NCBI GenBank assembly: GCA_964525635.1
Contig: CAZGJX010000002.1
Location: 76,124 to 113,366, forward strand
DNA length: 37,243 nt
DNA from: an uncultured archaeon
GTDB lineage: Archaea; Asgardarchaeota; Lokiarchaeia; Sigyniarchaeales; SOKP01
Direction of reading: 5' to 3'
Positions within the stretch are counted from its first letter, which is position 1, and every line of letters starts with the position of its first letter. Below the pieces are notes generated by a model. That model ran no database searches and was not told where the DNA came from. It was given only the letters and a program-made list of their open reading frames with translations. Positions 17,718 to 27,112 of the stretch are shown here, piece after piece. A program made the position numbers and the translations under genes.

Positions 17718-20465
17718 TTAAACTAAGTTTAATTCTTCCCTTAATTCGATTAATTTTTGGTTTGATTCATCATCATCTGGATTATTTAATACCCTTTTTT
17801 GATAGAAAATTATATTTTCATATTTTAATTCTAATTTATTAAATATAGTTACCCAAGAATTAAAATTCTCTATCAAATTATTGACTTCTTTATCTTCAGC
17901 AAATGACTTTATATCTTTTTTTTTATCACTCATATAAGATATAGATTTATATTTCTTTAATGTAATACCTTGTTCTTTCAACAATTTTTTATTTATTCTA
18001 TTAATAAAGGCATCTAATTTACTTTTCCAAAAGACATAACTATCATTTATTCTATCGATTGCATCTTGTATAATTTTTATTTCTTTCGGAATAATTGTGG
18101 TTTCTTTATTGAGAATTGGTTTTATTTTATTAAATTCTGAATTGAATCTTCTTACATAATAATCTATAACTTTTTCAAATTCATCTAAATATGCATTATA
18201 ACCTTTAGCAAATACAATTTCATCACTAGTAAAAGTAAGGGTTTCATCATCAAATTTACCTTTAATTTTACCACCTTTATAGATTTCATTGAAAACTTCA
18301 GTAAGAAGGGATATTTCATCATCTGATAATGTCTTTCCGTAAAAAAAATCATGAAAAGAAAATAAAATTTTATTAGAAAGCATTAGATTTTTTAACCCAT
18401 TTTCAGTATAGAACTTAATATCATCATCCTCATAAATAATACCCCTAATTTCACCATTTGTTTGTAAATCCTCGATTAAATCTTTCATAATTTTTGAATT
18501 TATGTCAAAATTTCCCAGAGATATGAAATCAGTGTCTTTATAATCCCTTTTTAAGCTACGTATAATTTCTTTTTTAGCATTATCTATTTTTAAGGGATCA
18601 AATATTAAAAAATCTCCCCTCTTAAGATGATTTAAATTCAGGTCTTTGAGAAAATTAAGAAAGGATTTATAATCCATACCTGTTTTTTCTAAATATTCTG
18701 ATATCTTGATTTGGTCTTTCTTTTGAATCTCTTCTCCTATTAAGTTGATATTTTCATCCATTTTTTGAATAATTTGTTCTCTTTCAATATTTAATTCTCT
18801 GGAAAGTTTATTGATACGATCTAATTTTTCCTGCTGATCTATAATTAGGTTAATATCTTCAATTTTATCTTTCAAATATTTTGAGTAATAAAAAATTTCC
18901 CTGGATTTATTCCAAATTCCACTTCTTTCATCTATTTCTATAGTAAAAATATTCAATAATAATAATTCTTTTATGTTTAATTTTTCAGAAATTTTCTCTA
19001 CATCAAAAAAACCTATAATCTTTGAATTTTCTAATTCTTTTTTAAAACGAAAATTTCCAACATTAGTTAGCCAACTTGATCCTTTATGAAAATTTGTTAA
19101 ATAATCTTTAGGAAGATACTTTATAATCTTAATAAATGAATTTTCTGTAAAATTTTCTCTATAGTTTTTTAAATTAATACAATTCTCCTTTGCAGCTATT
19201 TCTCTTATTTCTTCCTCTATTTTTGATAAAATATAGAATTTTTTCTTTTCCTTGCCTACTATCATCTTATAATTGGATTCTTTTGATATTTTTTTTATAA
19301 TTTGAATTATATAATCTAATGGAAGATAATTAAAATCATCTAAATTAATGTAACCTCTTTCTTTAAAAGAACCAATAAATAAGGATTCAACATAAGGTGA
19401 TGGATAAAAATTTAATTCAGAGAGAAAACCGTTAATATGGTTTAATTTTAATAGAGTATTTAAAAATATTTTTAAATTAGGATTATCTAAAATGTCCGAG
19501 AATTTATCAAGTATCTCTTGATGTGATATCTTCCGATTTTGTTTGAAATAGTCGATTAATTTCTCTCTTTCTAATTCATAGAAATATAATTGGTTTTTTT
19601 CTAAATTTTTAATATAAAAGTAAATTTCTTTATCCTTTAAAATTGTTTTTTTGAAACTGTTCAAGTAGGTTTTAAAATCAATATTTTTATCTTTTTTTAC
19701 TTTTAAAAAATCATATTTGCATTTAATAAAAGTATTCTCCAGATTTTTTAATATGTTATCAATGTTCTCATATTCAAAATCTATATCTTTCATATCTATG
19801 AAGAGTTTTTTAACTAAATTAATCAAACATGATTTGAGATCAGAATTTGCTAAATTATAAAATTCCAAAATCGTTTTGCTGGCTAATTCTCTTAATCTAT
19901 ATAATTGCTTAAAATTATAATTTTCACATTTTTGCAGAAAGCTAATAAGAATAATGATATTTTCTATTTTTCCATCTATAATTTCTATATCCAATGATTT
20001 TATAAGATTATCTTTATAATTACATATTTCTTGTGGCTTTATTTCAACCATATTTTGTAAAAAAAAATAACAATTTTCTCTAACATCTTTAGTTGAGGTT
20101 GATAGCAGTTCAGTGAATTGAGAATAATAATTCCTATTTATAAGGTCAGGATTATTTAAAATAAAAAAACCTAAAATAGTTATTGAATTTAACTTTAATT
20201 TAATATTATTTGAGTAAAGAAAAGGCTCAATTTTATTTATCAAATCAATATTTAATAGGTCTGATTTTTGTTCAGCTAAAATACTTAAAATATAAGTAAT
20301 AGGGATTTTTAGATAATCATCTTGATCTAATAAGTTCTTCAGATCCTCTAATTCCGAAGATATATTTGAATATCTCTCTTTTTGGTAAAGTTTATTTATT
20401 TTTTTTATATATGGAATAAGTTTAGGATAATCTTGAAAATCTTCGATATTAAACATAGTTATCAT
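17718..20465 (-). CDS. large HEAT/ARM-repeat plus tandem winged-helix (PCI/UFL1-like) protein
   Basis: N-terminal HEAT-like helices (LLSTSTKDVRENC); repeated helix-helix-G.I.G..FY units; helical C-terminus. Confidence 0.6.
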   Translation of the reverse strand: MITMFNIEDFQDYPKLIPYIKKINKLYQKERYSNISSELEDLKNLLDQDDYLKIPITYILSILAEQKSDLLNIDLINKIEPFLYSNNIKLKLNSITILGFFILNNPDLINRNYYSQFTELLSTSTKDVRENCYFFLQNMVEIKPQEICNYKDNLIKSLDIEIIDGKIENIIILISFLQKCENYNFKQLYRLRELASKTILEFYNLANSDLKSCLINLVKKLFIDMKDIDFEYENIDNILKNLENTFIKCKYDFLKVKKDKNIDFKTYLNSFKKTILKDKEIYFYIKNLEKNQLYFYELEREKLIDYFKQNRKISHQEILDKFSDILDNPNLKIFLNTLLKLNHINGFLSELNFYPSPYVESLFIGSFKERGYINLDDFNYLPLDYIIQIIKKISKESNYKMIVGKEKKKFYILSKIEEEIREIAAKENCINLKNYRENFTENSFIKIIKYLPKDYLTNFHKGSSWLTNVGNFRFKKELENSKIIGFFDVEKISEKLNIKELLLLNIFTIEIDERSGIWNKSREIFYYSKYLKDKIEDINLIIDQQEKLDRINKLSRELNIEREQIIQKMDENINLIGEEIQKKDQIKISEYLEKTGMDYKSFLNFLKDLNLNHLKRGDFLIFDPLKIDNAKKEIIRSLKRDYKDTDFISLGNFDINSKIMKDLIEDLQTNGEIRGIIYEDDDIKFYTENGLKNLMLSNKILFSFHDFFYGKTLSDDEISLLTEVFNEIYKGGKIKGKFDDETLTFTSDEIVFAKGYNAYLDEFEKVIDYYVRRFNSEFNKIKPILNKETTIIPKEIKIIQDAIDRINDSYVFWKSKLDAFINRINKKLLKEQGITLKKYKSISYMSDKKKDIKSFAEDKEVNNLIENFNSWVTIFNKLELKYENIIFYQKRVLNNPDDDESNQKLIELREELNLV

Positions 20466-20617
20466 ACGACTCTTTTAATTATTTAATTAAGATTAAAATA
20501 TGAATTTTTTTAATAAAATAATAATTCATAAAAAGATAAAGAAATATAGAGTTAGTTTATTTCATTAGCTAAAATAAAGTATAATAAAAAAATTAAAAAA
20601 AAAAATTTTAAATTTAT

Positions 20618-21277
20618 TCAAACGCTTTCATCTTCATCAACAGAGATATAACTTAAGAGTTTATCAATCCTATCTGCCTTTTTATTTATATTAAGAACAG
20701 TTGGCAAAACGATTACTTCATCTGTTTTTCCCGGTAATAAAGTAATTGATCCTGCTCTTAAGAATAAAAACTCGAAAACATCTGTTATAGTTTTCCTAAT
20801 TCTTAAATTTCCTGCAGGATATCTCTCTGCTGAAGTAATTATACCGCTTTTATGATATATTTCATTCTGTTCAATTTTCCAATAGTTAAATCGAGCATTT
20901 AAAACAACTATGCCTAAAACAAGCCCTAAGATTATTGTCATAATAAAATAGAATTCAGCGGTTATTCCAATATTAAATGGATCTCCAGAACCACCAAGGT
21001 CCACATTGGGTAATATTAGGAATATCATAGCAACAAGTACTATAACAATAAGCAATATTAGTATAAAGAATTTTGTCGATGAGAAGTCAAATGCTACTAC
21101 AAATATATTTGTAAAAAAAACAGCAGTCCAAACATATCCTAAAATATAGTTTGGATCATCCCCGATGACAAACTGAATAATCCATAATACTAAAGATGTT
21201 AAAAACACAGGATAGAAAAATATTACTTTAGGATAATTTCTTAAAAAAACTGCTTCTCCTTTTGTTTTTTGACTCAT
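20618..21277 (-). CDS. four-TM membrane protein with C-terminal bacterial PH-like domain
   Basis: Four hydrophobic segments, then YWKIEQNEIYHKSGII...FLRAGSITL. Confidence 0.6.
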   Translation of the reverse strand: MSQKTKGEAVFLRNYPKVIFFYPVFLTSLVLWIIQFVIGDDPNYILGYVWTAVFFTNIFVVAFDFSSTKFFILILLIVIVLVAMIFLILPNVDLGGSGDPFNIGITAEFYFIMTIILGLVLGIVVLNARFNYWKIEQNEIYHKSGIITSAERYPAGNLRIRKTITDVFEFLFLRAGSITLLPGKTDEVIVLPTVLNINKKADRIDKLLSYISVDEDESV

Positions 21278-21430
21278 TTTTATTTTACCTTAGATTAATA
21301 ATTTATATGTAAAATATTTCTAAATTTATTAAAATAATATAAACTATATAGTATATAAAATATTTGTTAATCATTTTTCAATAAATTATTTTATATTTAA
21401 CTATTTTTACACCTTTTTTTTAAAAAAAAA

Positions 21431-22186
21431 TTAAAAATGGTCTCTAAGAGAATGAACCATTTTATTAGAATATTCTATTTGATTATTTCCATTATCACTT
21501 ATTCCCATATGCCCCGGTAAAAGAAATTTTACATCTAATTTACTAACAAATTCAATTGATTCTTGAAGCATAGTAAGAGATCCACCAGGGAAATCATATC
21601 TTCCAAAGCTACCTCCTGTAAAAATTAAATCTCCTGGGATTAAAATCTTTTTAGTTGGTTCATAATAAACAATAGATCCTAATGAATGTCCTGGTGTGTA
21701 ATATATTTTAAAATTAAAATCCGAACATATTTCTATTTCCTCATTTGCTTTTATATGATTAACATTAATTGGGATAATTTTTACTCCAAACATTTTAGCA
21801 TTTATTCCTAAATTTCCCGGAAATATATCAGATTCTTTACCTTTTTGTAAAATATTTGCCGTCTTTTCGTATGCAAAAATTTCAGGAGGATTCTTTTTTA
21901 ATTTCTCTAATAAAGGATACAATCCGAGAACATGATCGACATGTTCATGAGTAAGGTATATTTTAGTTATTTTTTTATAATCTAAATCTAATTTTTCCAT
22001 ACCTTCGAATAATGATTTTAAAGATTTTCCATTCCCCGTATCAAATAAAATTAGTTCATCCTTTTTTCGATTTTTAATAAGATATTGATTACAATCTAAC
22101 ATTTGAGATTCTTGAAAATAATATAAATCTTTAATTACTTCTTTTCCATCTTTAATTGAACTACTGAAATACAATTTTAATCCCAT
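21431..22186 (-). CDS. MBL-fold metallo-hydrolase
   Basis: THEHVDH, TPGHSLG, GDLIF, GRYDFPGG, LPGH. Confidence 0.92.
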   Translation of the reverse strand: MGLKLYFSSSIKDGKEVIKDLYYFQESQMLDCNQYLIKNRKKDELILFDTGNGKSLKSLFEGMEKLDLDYKKITKIYLTHEHVDHVLGLYPLLEKLKKNPPEIFAYEKTANILQKGKESDIFPGNLGINAKMFGVKIIPINVNHIKANEEIEICSDFNFKIYYTPGHSLGSIVYYEPTKKILIPGDLIFTGGSFGRYDFPGGSLTMLQESIEFVSKLDVKFLLPGHMGISDNGNNQIEYSNKMVHSLRDHF

Positions 22187-22337
22187 ATAAAAATTTTTTA
22201 GAAATATAAAGAATCTTTTCTTTAATTTTTTGCCTTTCTTGATGAAAAAAAGAGGTATTAATTATTTATATATTTAATTTTAAGGATTAAAAAAGAAAAT
22301 AAATTAATTTTTAAAAAAAGTCTTGAAAATATATTAT

Positions 22338-22961
22338 TTAAAATTCAGTACCACATTTTTTACACACTTTCTTTTTAGCATACATGGGAAGATTACCAAT
22401 ATAACTTAATATTTTTGATTTATCTTCTGTAACTTTTATATCTTTACCAACAGCTCCACATTTAGGACATGTATCTCTCTCTTTTACTTCATCATTACTT
22501 AAAATAACTTCAGCAGGTTTTAATTCTTCTAATTCCTTTTTTGCTTCTTCAAGTTTTTTATTTAAATCTTCAATTACCTTATCTTTCTCTGAATTACTTT
22601 CTTCAAGGTCTTTTATTTTTTCATCTTTTTCTGAAATTGAATCAGTTAATTCTTCAATCTTTTTATTTAATTCTCCCATTTGTGAAATTGATTTGGAATT
22701 TAAGTCATTTGATTCTTCACATTTTTTCTTGAGTTGAGCATTTTCAGTTATTATGTTTTCTAAATTCTTTTTGATCTCATCCATTTCTGAATTTAAACTT
22801 TTTATCATGCTCTCAGAATTTTTAAAATCTTGACTTACCTTTTCATTTATTATTTTTACCTTGTCTAGTTCTTCTTTTGTTTGTTTTAATTCTTCTATAG
22901 TTTCCTCTAATTGTTTTTTAACTAGTTCATTTTCATCTATATCTGACATATTTGTAAACAC
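22338..22961 (-). CDS. coiled-coil protein with C-terminal zinc ribbon (true start possibly ATG at 22949)
   Basis: About 140 aa of heptad-rich E/K/L sequence, then CPKC...CKKCG. Confidence 0.85.
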   Translation of the reverse strand: MFTNMSDIDENELVKKQLEETIEELKQTKEELDKVKIINEKVSQDFKNSESMIKSLNSEMDEIKKNLENIITENAQLKKKCEESNDLNSKSISQMGELNKKIEELTDSISEKDEKIKDLEESNSEKDKVIEDLNKKLEEAKKELEELKPAEVILSNDEVKERDTCPKCGAVGKDIKVTEDKSKILSYIGNLPMYAKKKVCKKCGTEF

Positions 22962-23138
22962 TTTAGATTTTAATCTGATTTACACTTATAATAATATAAT
23001 TAATTTTTATACCTTTTCATAAAGATAATTTTATAGACTATAAAGTGATATTATTTTTTTCATAATTACGAATCTAGAAAATAACGACAGTAATACTTCA
23101 AAAAGATAATAAATATTAATATTCTATTTATAATTAAT

Positions 23139-23522
23139 ATGAGAGATCATCAAAATATCGATAAATTTAAGCAAAAGATTGATTTTGGAATTAAATTCTG
23201 GTTAAAATTTGATGATAAAAGTATTTTAGGAACTGGATGGGCAAGATTATTGGATATGATTGATAATAATCAAGTAACCTCTCTATCACAGGCTGCTGAA
23301 AAGTGTAATTACTCTTATAAATATGCTTGGAATATCTTAAAAAGAATTGAAAAAAGAACAGGCAACTCTCCTGTTATTACAAGTAAAGGAGGTACAGGTG
23401 GTGGAGGTACTGTAAAATTGAATAATTGGGGGTTATATATTTTAAAGGTATTTAAAATTCTCTCCGAAGATATTGAAAATTTTAAATTAGGACTAGAACA
23501 GAAGATAAAAAAGCTTTATTAA
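23139..23522 (+). CDS. ModE-family winged-helix regulator (DNA-binding domain only)
   Basis: KFWL...LGTGWARLL...SLSQAA...YSYKYAW...TSKGGTGGGG. Confidence 0.88.
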   Translation: MRDHQNIDKFKQKIDFGIKFWLKFDDKSILGTGWARLLDMIDNNQVTSLSQAAEKCNYSYKYAWNILKRIEKRTGNSPVITSKGGTGGGGTVKLNNWGLYILKVFKILSEDIENFKLGLEQKIKKLY

Positions 23523-23595
23523 ATAAATTTAATTGGAATAAAAATTAATTTAATTCGATTAAAACTATCATATTATTAATTGAAAGGATGATATA

Positions 23596-24033
23596 ATGTA
23601 CGAAGAAAAAAATAATTTGAAAAAATTTGGACAAATAAAAATATCTGAAATTATGATAAAAAATCCTTTAAGCATTACTCCTAATGAAAAAATTAGTACA
23701 ACAGAACTTTTAATGGTTAGAAAAAATATTGGAGGTCTTCCAGTAGTTGATTCTTCTGAAAAGAAAGAATTAATCGGGATAATAACTCAGAGAGATATAA
23801 GATTAGCACGGTTTGCAATGTCTTTAGATACACCTAATACTCTTGTAGAAGATTTAATGACATCTAAACCTTTTGTTGCAAAAGAAAGTGATACTATTTT
23901 AGCTACTTTAAAAAAAATGTTTGATAATAATATTGAACGAATGCCTGTTGTGAATAATAATAATGAATTAATTGGATTAGTTTTAGAAAAAACTATTTTA
24001 GAAAGATTATTGAAATATATAACTAATGAATAA
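23596..24033 (+). CDS. CBS domain pair protein
   Basis: IGGLPVVD...LIGIITQRDI and IERMPVVN...LIGLV. Confidence 0.92.
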   Translation: MYEEKNNLKKFGQIKISEIMIKNPLSITPNEKISTTELLMVRKNIGGLPVVDSSEKKELIGIITQRDIRLARFAMSLDTPNTLVEDLMTSKPFVAKESDTILATLKKMFDNNIERMPVVNNNNELIGLVLEKTILERLLKYITNE

Positions 24034-24154
24034 ATAAAATAATAAATTAAATAAAATATATTACCTATGATTTAAAATAAATTTAATTAGGTAAATTCTT
24101 ATAGTAATTATATTCACGATTTTAAATTTCTATTAATTTATAAAATTGATTTAA

Positions 24155-25705
24155 ATGTCATTACCTACACCAGGCACTCCAATTATAATTGATATTGGTT
24201 CTGCATATGTTAAAGTGGGATTTGCTGGCGAAACAAGCCCTCGATATATATTTCCTTGTATAACAGGAACAGAAAAATATCACTCTGTTATGGTAGATGT
24301 AGATGCAAGAAATGTTTATGTAGGGCAGGATGCTATGAAAATGAGGGGTGTATTAAAAATCTCTCACCCTATTCAACGGGGATCTATAGCCGATTGGGAT
24401 AGTTACTATCAAATATTAAATCATATCCTATATACTCTTCTAAGAATAGAAAATCCATTAGATTATCCTATTTTATATGTTGAAAATCCATTTGAACCAA
24501 AAGATATAAAAGAATATATTGCAAGAGTATTCTTTGAAACCCATCAGATTAATAGTCTTATTATGGTTCCCTCACCTATTTTATCCTGTTTTTCTGTTGG
24601 ATTAACAACTGGATTAGTTATTGAAAGCGGAGATGGAATCACATGGATTGTTCCAATCATAAATGGACAAATCATATCACAAGCAGTACAAAGACTTAAT
24701 TTAGCCGGTATGGATGTAAGTAATAATTTGAAGGCTTTAATGATGAGAGAAGGAATTAATATTTCATCCTCAGCTCAAGATGAAATTATAAGAGAAATAA
24801 AAGAAAAAAATTGTTATTTTGTTATAGATCCAGAGCATCCCGGAAAGGCTGGTGATAACGTAGAATATCCAATGCCAGATGGTTCTACTGTAAAAATACA
24901 GGATCATATCCTCTATAATGCGACAGAAGTTTTATTCCAACCATCAATGATAGGTTCAAATTCACCTGGAATCCAGCACGCAATAATAACAGCTTTGCAA
25001 AATGTTAATCAAGAGAAGTGGAGTGAATTATTATCTCATATTGTACTTTCTGGAGGAAATCTTTCTCACAGTGGTTTTGAAGAGAGATTAAAAACAGAAT
25101 TGAATATATTATTACCACAATATGGAATAACAGTTAAATCAAAAGGTCGTGAAAAGAAAATAGAACAAAAAGTGGAAAGTCTTGAACCTATAAAAGGAAC
25201 AAAAAAAAACCAAGATAACTGTCCACAATGCGGTACTTTAGTTGATTTAACTAACAATATAACTAATTGTCCACAATGTGGTGCTAATATGCAAATGCCT
25301 CAAATTGATATCAACATAGACCAACAAAGTATTGATGAAACTCAAAACGCTGATTATATAAAATGCCCTAAATGTACAAAAGAAATATCAGATAAAGAAT
25401 CTTTATTTTGTCCATATTGTGGATATAATTTAACGGTGACTCCTACTCCTATTACCAAAAAGGAAATTGAATCAGTAAAGTTAAAGTCATCAGGAAAAAT
25501 TGGATTCAGTGAATATGCAGATTCTAAAAAAAGTGGTTTAAGATTCTTTATTCCTAATAATCTACAACTAGCTGTATATAATGGTGCTACAATTTTGGGA
25601 AGTTTGCCTTCTTTTAGAAATTTATTTATAACACGAGAACAATTTGAAATAAATAAAGAAATATTACATACAGATCTTTCTCAAATATTTGCAAATTATA
25701 CTTGA
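24155..25705 (+). CDS. actin-related protein with internal double zinc-ribbon insertion
   Basis: IIIDIGSAYVKVGFAGE, YVGQDA, FFETH, TTGLVIESGDG, IIREIKEK, YPMPDG, EVLFQPS, IVLSGG, GATILGSL; insert with four CxxC. Confidence 0.93.
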   Translation: MSLPTPGTPIIIDIGSAYVKVGFAGETSPRYIFPCITGTEKYHSVMVDVDARNVYVGQDAMKMRGVLKISHPIQRGSIADWDSYYQILNHILYTLLRIENPLDYPILYVENPFEPKDIKEYIARVFFETHQINSLIMVPSPILSCFSVGLTTGLVIESGDGITWIVPIINGQIISQAVQRLNLAGMDVSNNLKALMMREGINISSSAQDEIIREIKEKNCYFVIDPEHPGKAGDNVEYPMPDGSTVKIQDHILYNATEVLFQPSMIGSNSPGIQHAIITALQNVNQEKWSELLSHIVLSGGNLSHSGFEERLKTELNILLPQYGITVKSKGREKKIEQKVESLEPIKGTKKNQDNCPQCGTLVDLTNNITNCPQCGANMQMPQIDINIDQQSIDETQNADYIKCPKCTKEISDKESLFCPYCGYNLTVTPTPITKKEIESVKLKSSGKIGFSEYADSKKSGLRFFIPNNLQLAVYNGATILGSLPSFRNLFITREQFEINKEILHTDLSQIFANYT

Positions 25706-26017
25706 ACTACTATCGCCTCCAACGTTATTTCTAAATAATTAAAATCACTTGTTTTCATATTTATTCCATTAACCAAATATAAGAACTTCTATTGAAAACA
25801 ATTTTAACCCATATCATTTAAATTATAATAAAAACAGTTTTTTAGTTGTTTGAGCTGATAAAACTATCAATAGAAAAAATAATTATTTACTCTTTATAAA
25901 TAGAAAACAAATATAAGACACTTAATTCATAATTAAATATCTTTATTAGTTAATTTTTAATTTAAAGTTAAATTTAAGAAGATTAATTTTTGAAAGATAA
26001 ATTGAGGTTTTACTATC

Positions 26018-27106
26018 TTGAAAAGGAAAAACTATAAAAGATTGATTATATGCTTTTCTATGATATCTTTATTAATAATAACTCCATTGTCGTCTGCTAA
26101 AACGAGAAATAATTACTTAAAAAATTTTATTTTAGATAATAGGATTTCTGATTCTGGTGGATTTTCAAATGTTGTTGGTTCATGGTATGATTATGAAGTA
26201 ACATCTTATGCATTTGATATTTTAGATCATTATGATTTACTTAAAGAAAAAGTTGATCGTCCTGATACAGGAGAAAACATTGCTAAACTCATTAGTGATG
26301 CTATAACAAATGAATTCATTGATCTTAATATTCTTTATTTCCTACTGAATTCTTTAAATTGGATAAATCAAATTAATACAGCAATTAATTCGACTGTGAA
26401 AAGTAAAATTATAACATATCTCAATCAAACAGAACTAACAACTGGGGGATTTACAATAACTAATACAACTTCTTCACCAAATATTATTTCAACCTATTAT
26501 GGAATTAAAAGTTCTGAATTAATCGGACGTCCACTCAATTACACATATAGGAATATAATTTGGATTTTAGATTGTTATAATGCAGATGGAGGATTTGGAG
26601 GAAATGAAATTATGCAATCGACCCTTTTTACAACATACTATGCTGCTTTATCATTATCGGAATTAGGAAGTTTCTATAACTTATCTACTTTGGAAAATAT
26701 TCTTGAGTATACTAAAGCACATTATATTTCTACTGGAGGTTATAAACCTGACTTAGCTTCAGACATGGCTCTTTTAAGTAGTACATCTTATTGTATAAAA
26801 CTTATTTCAATGATTCCTGATGCTACGTATAATAGTAAAAGCTCAACAATTAGATGGATTTTAAATCAACAAAATATTATTGATGGGGGTTTCTCAAATC
26901 CATCTACTGAAGAAGAAATTAAAAGATCCTCTGTGATTTGTTCCTATTATGCATTCAATGCATTAAGAGAGTTAAGTGCTTTAAGTTATTTAGATGAAGA
27001 CATTGGAATAACGGAATTTAATTGGATTGTATTGCTAATTGTATTAGTGGTTATAGGAGTTGCTGTCGCTTTAGTTTTCTATATATGGAAAAGAAGACAA
27101 ATTTGA
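26018..27106 (+). CDS. secreted, membrane-anchored prenyltransferase-beta/squalene-cyclase repeat (alpha/alpha barrel) protein
   Basis: TTG start, signal peptide, five GGF/GGY repeats followed by TYY/SYY helices, C-terminal TM then WKRR. Confidence 0.8.
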   Translation: MKRKNYKRLIICFSMISLLIITPLSSAKTRNNYLKNFILDNRISDSGGFSNVVGSWYDYEVTSYAFDILDHYDLLKEKVDRPDTGENIAKLISDAITNEFIDLNILYFLLNSLNWINQINTAINSTVKSKIITYLNQTELTTGGFTITNTTSSPNIISTYYGIKSSELIGRPLNYTYRNIIWILDCYNADGGFGGNEIMQSTLFTTYYAALSLSELGSFYNLSTLENILEYTKAHYISTGGYKPDLASDMALLSSTSYCIKLISMIPDATYNSKSSTIRWILNQQNIIDGGFSNPSTEEEIKRSSVICSYYAFNALRELSALSYLDEDIGITEFNWIVLLIVLVVIGVAVALVFYIWKRRQI

Positions 27107-27112
27107 TTAATC

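Noticed and set aside
23040-23138. ModE box upstream of the ModE-like gene
   Set aside because: Only a half-site-like ATAACG, with no convincing palindrome.
25703-25740. Selenocysteine readthrough of the actin TGA, or an attC-like site just after it
   Set aside because: The frame closes after about ten codons, and no SECIS-like hairpin or partner core site is visible.
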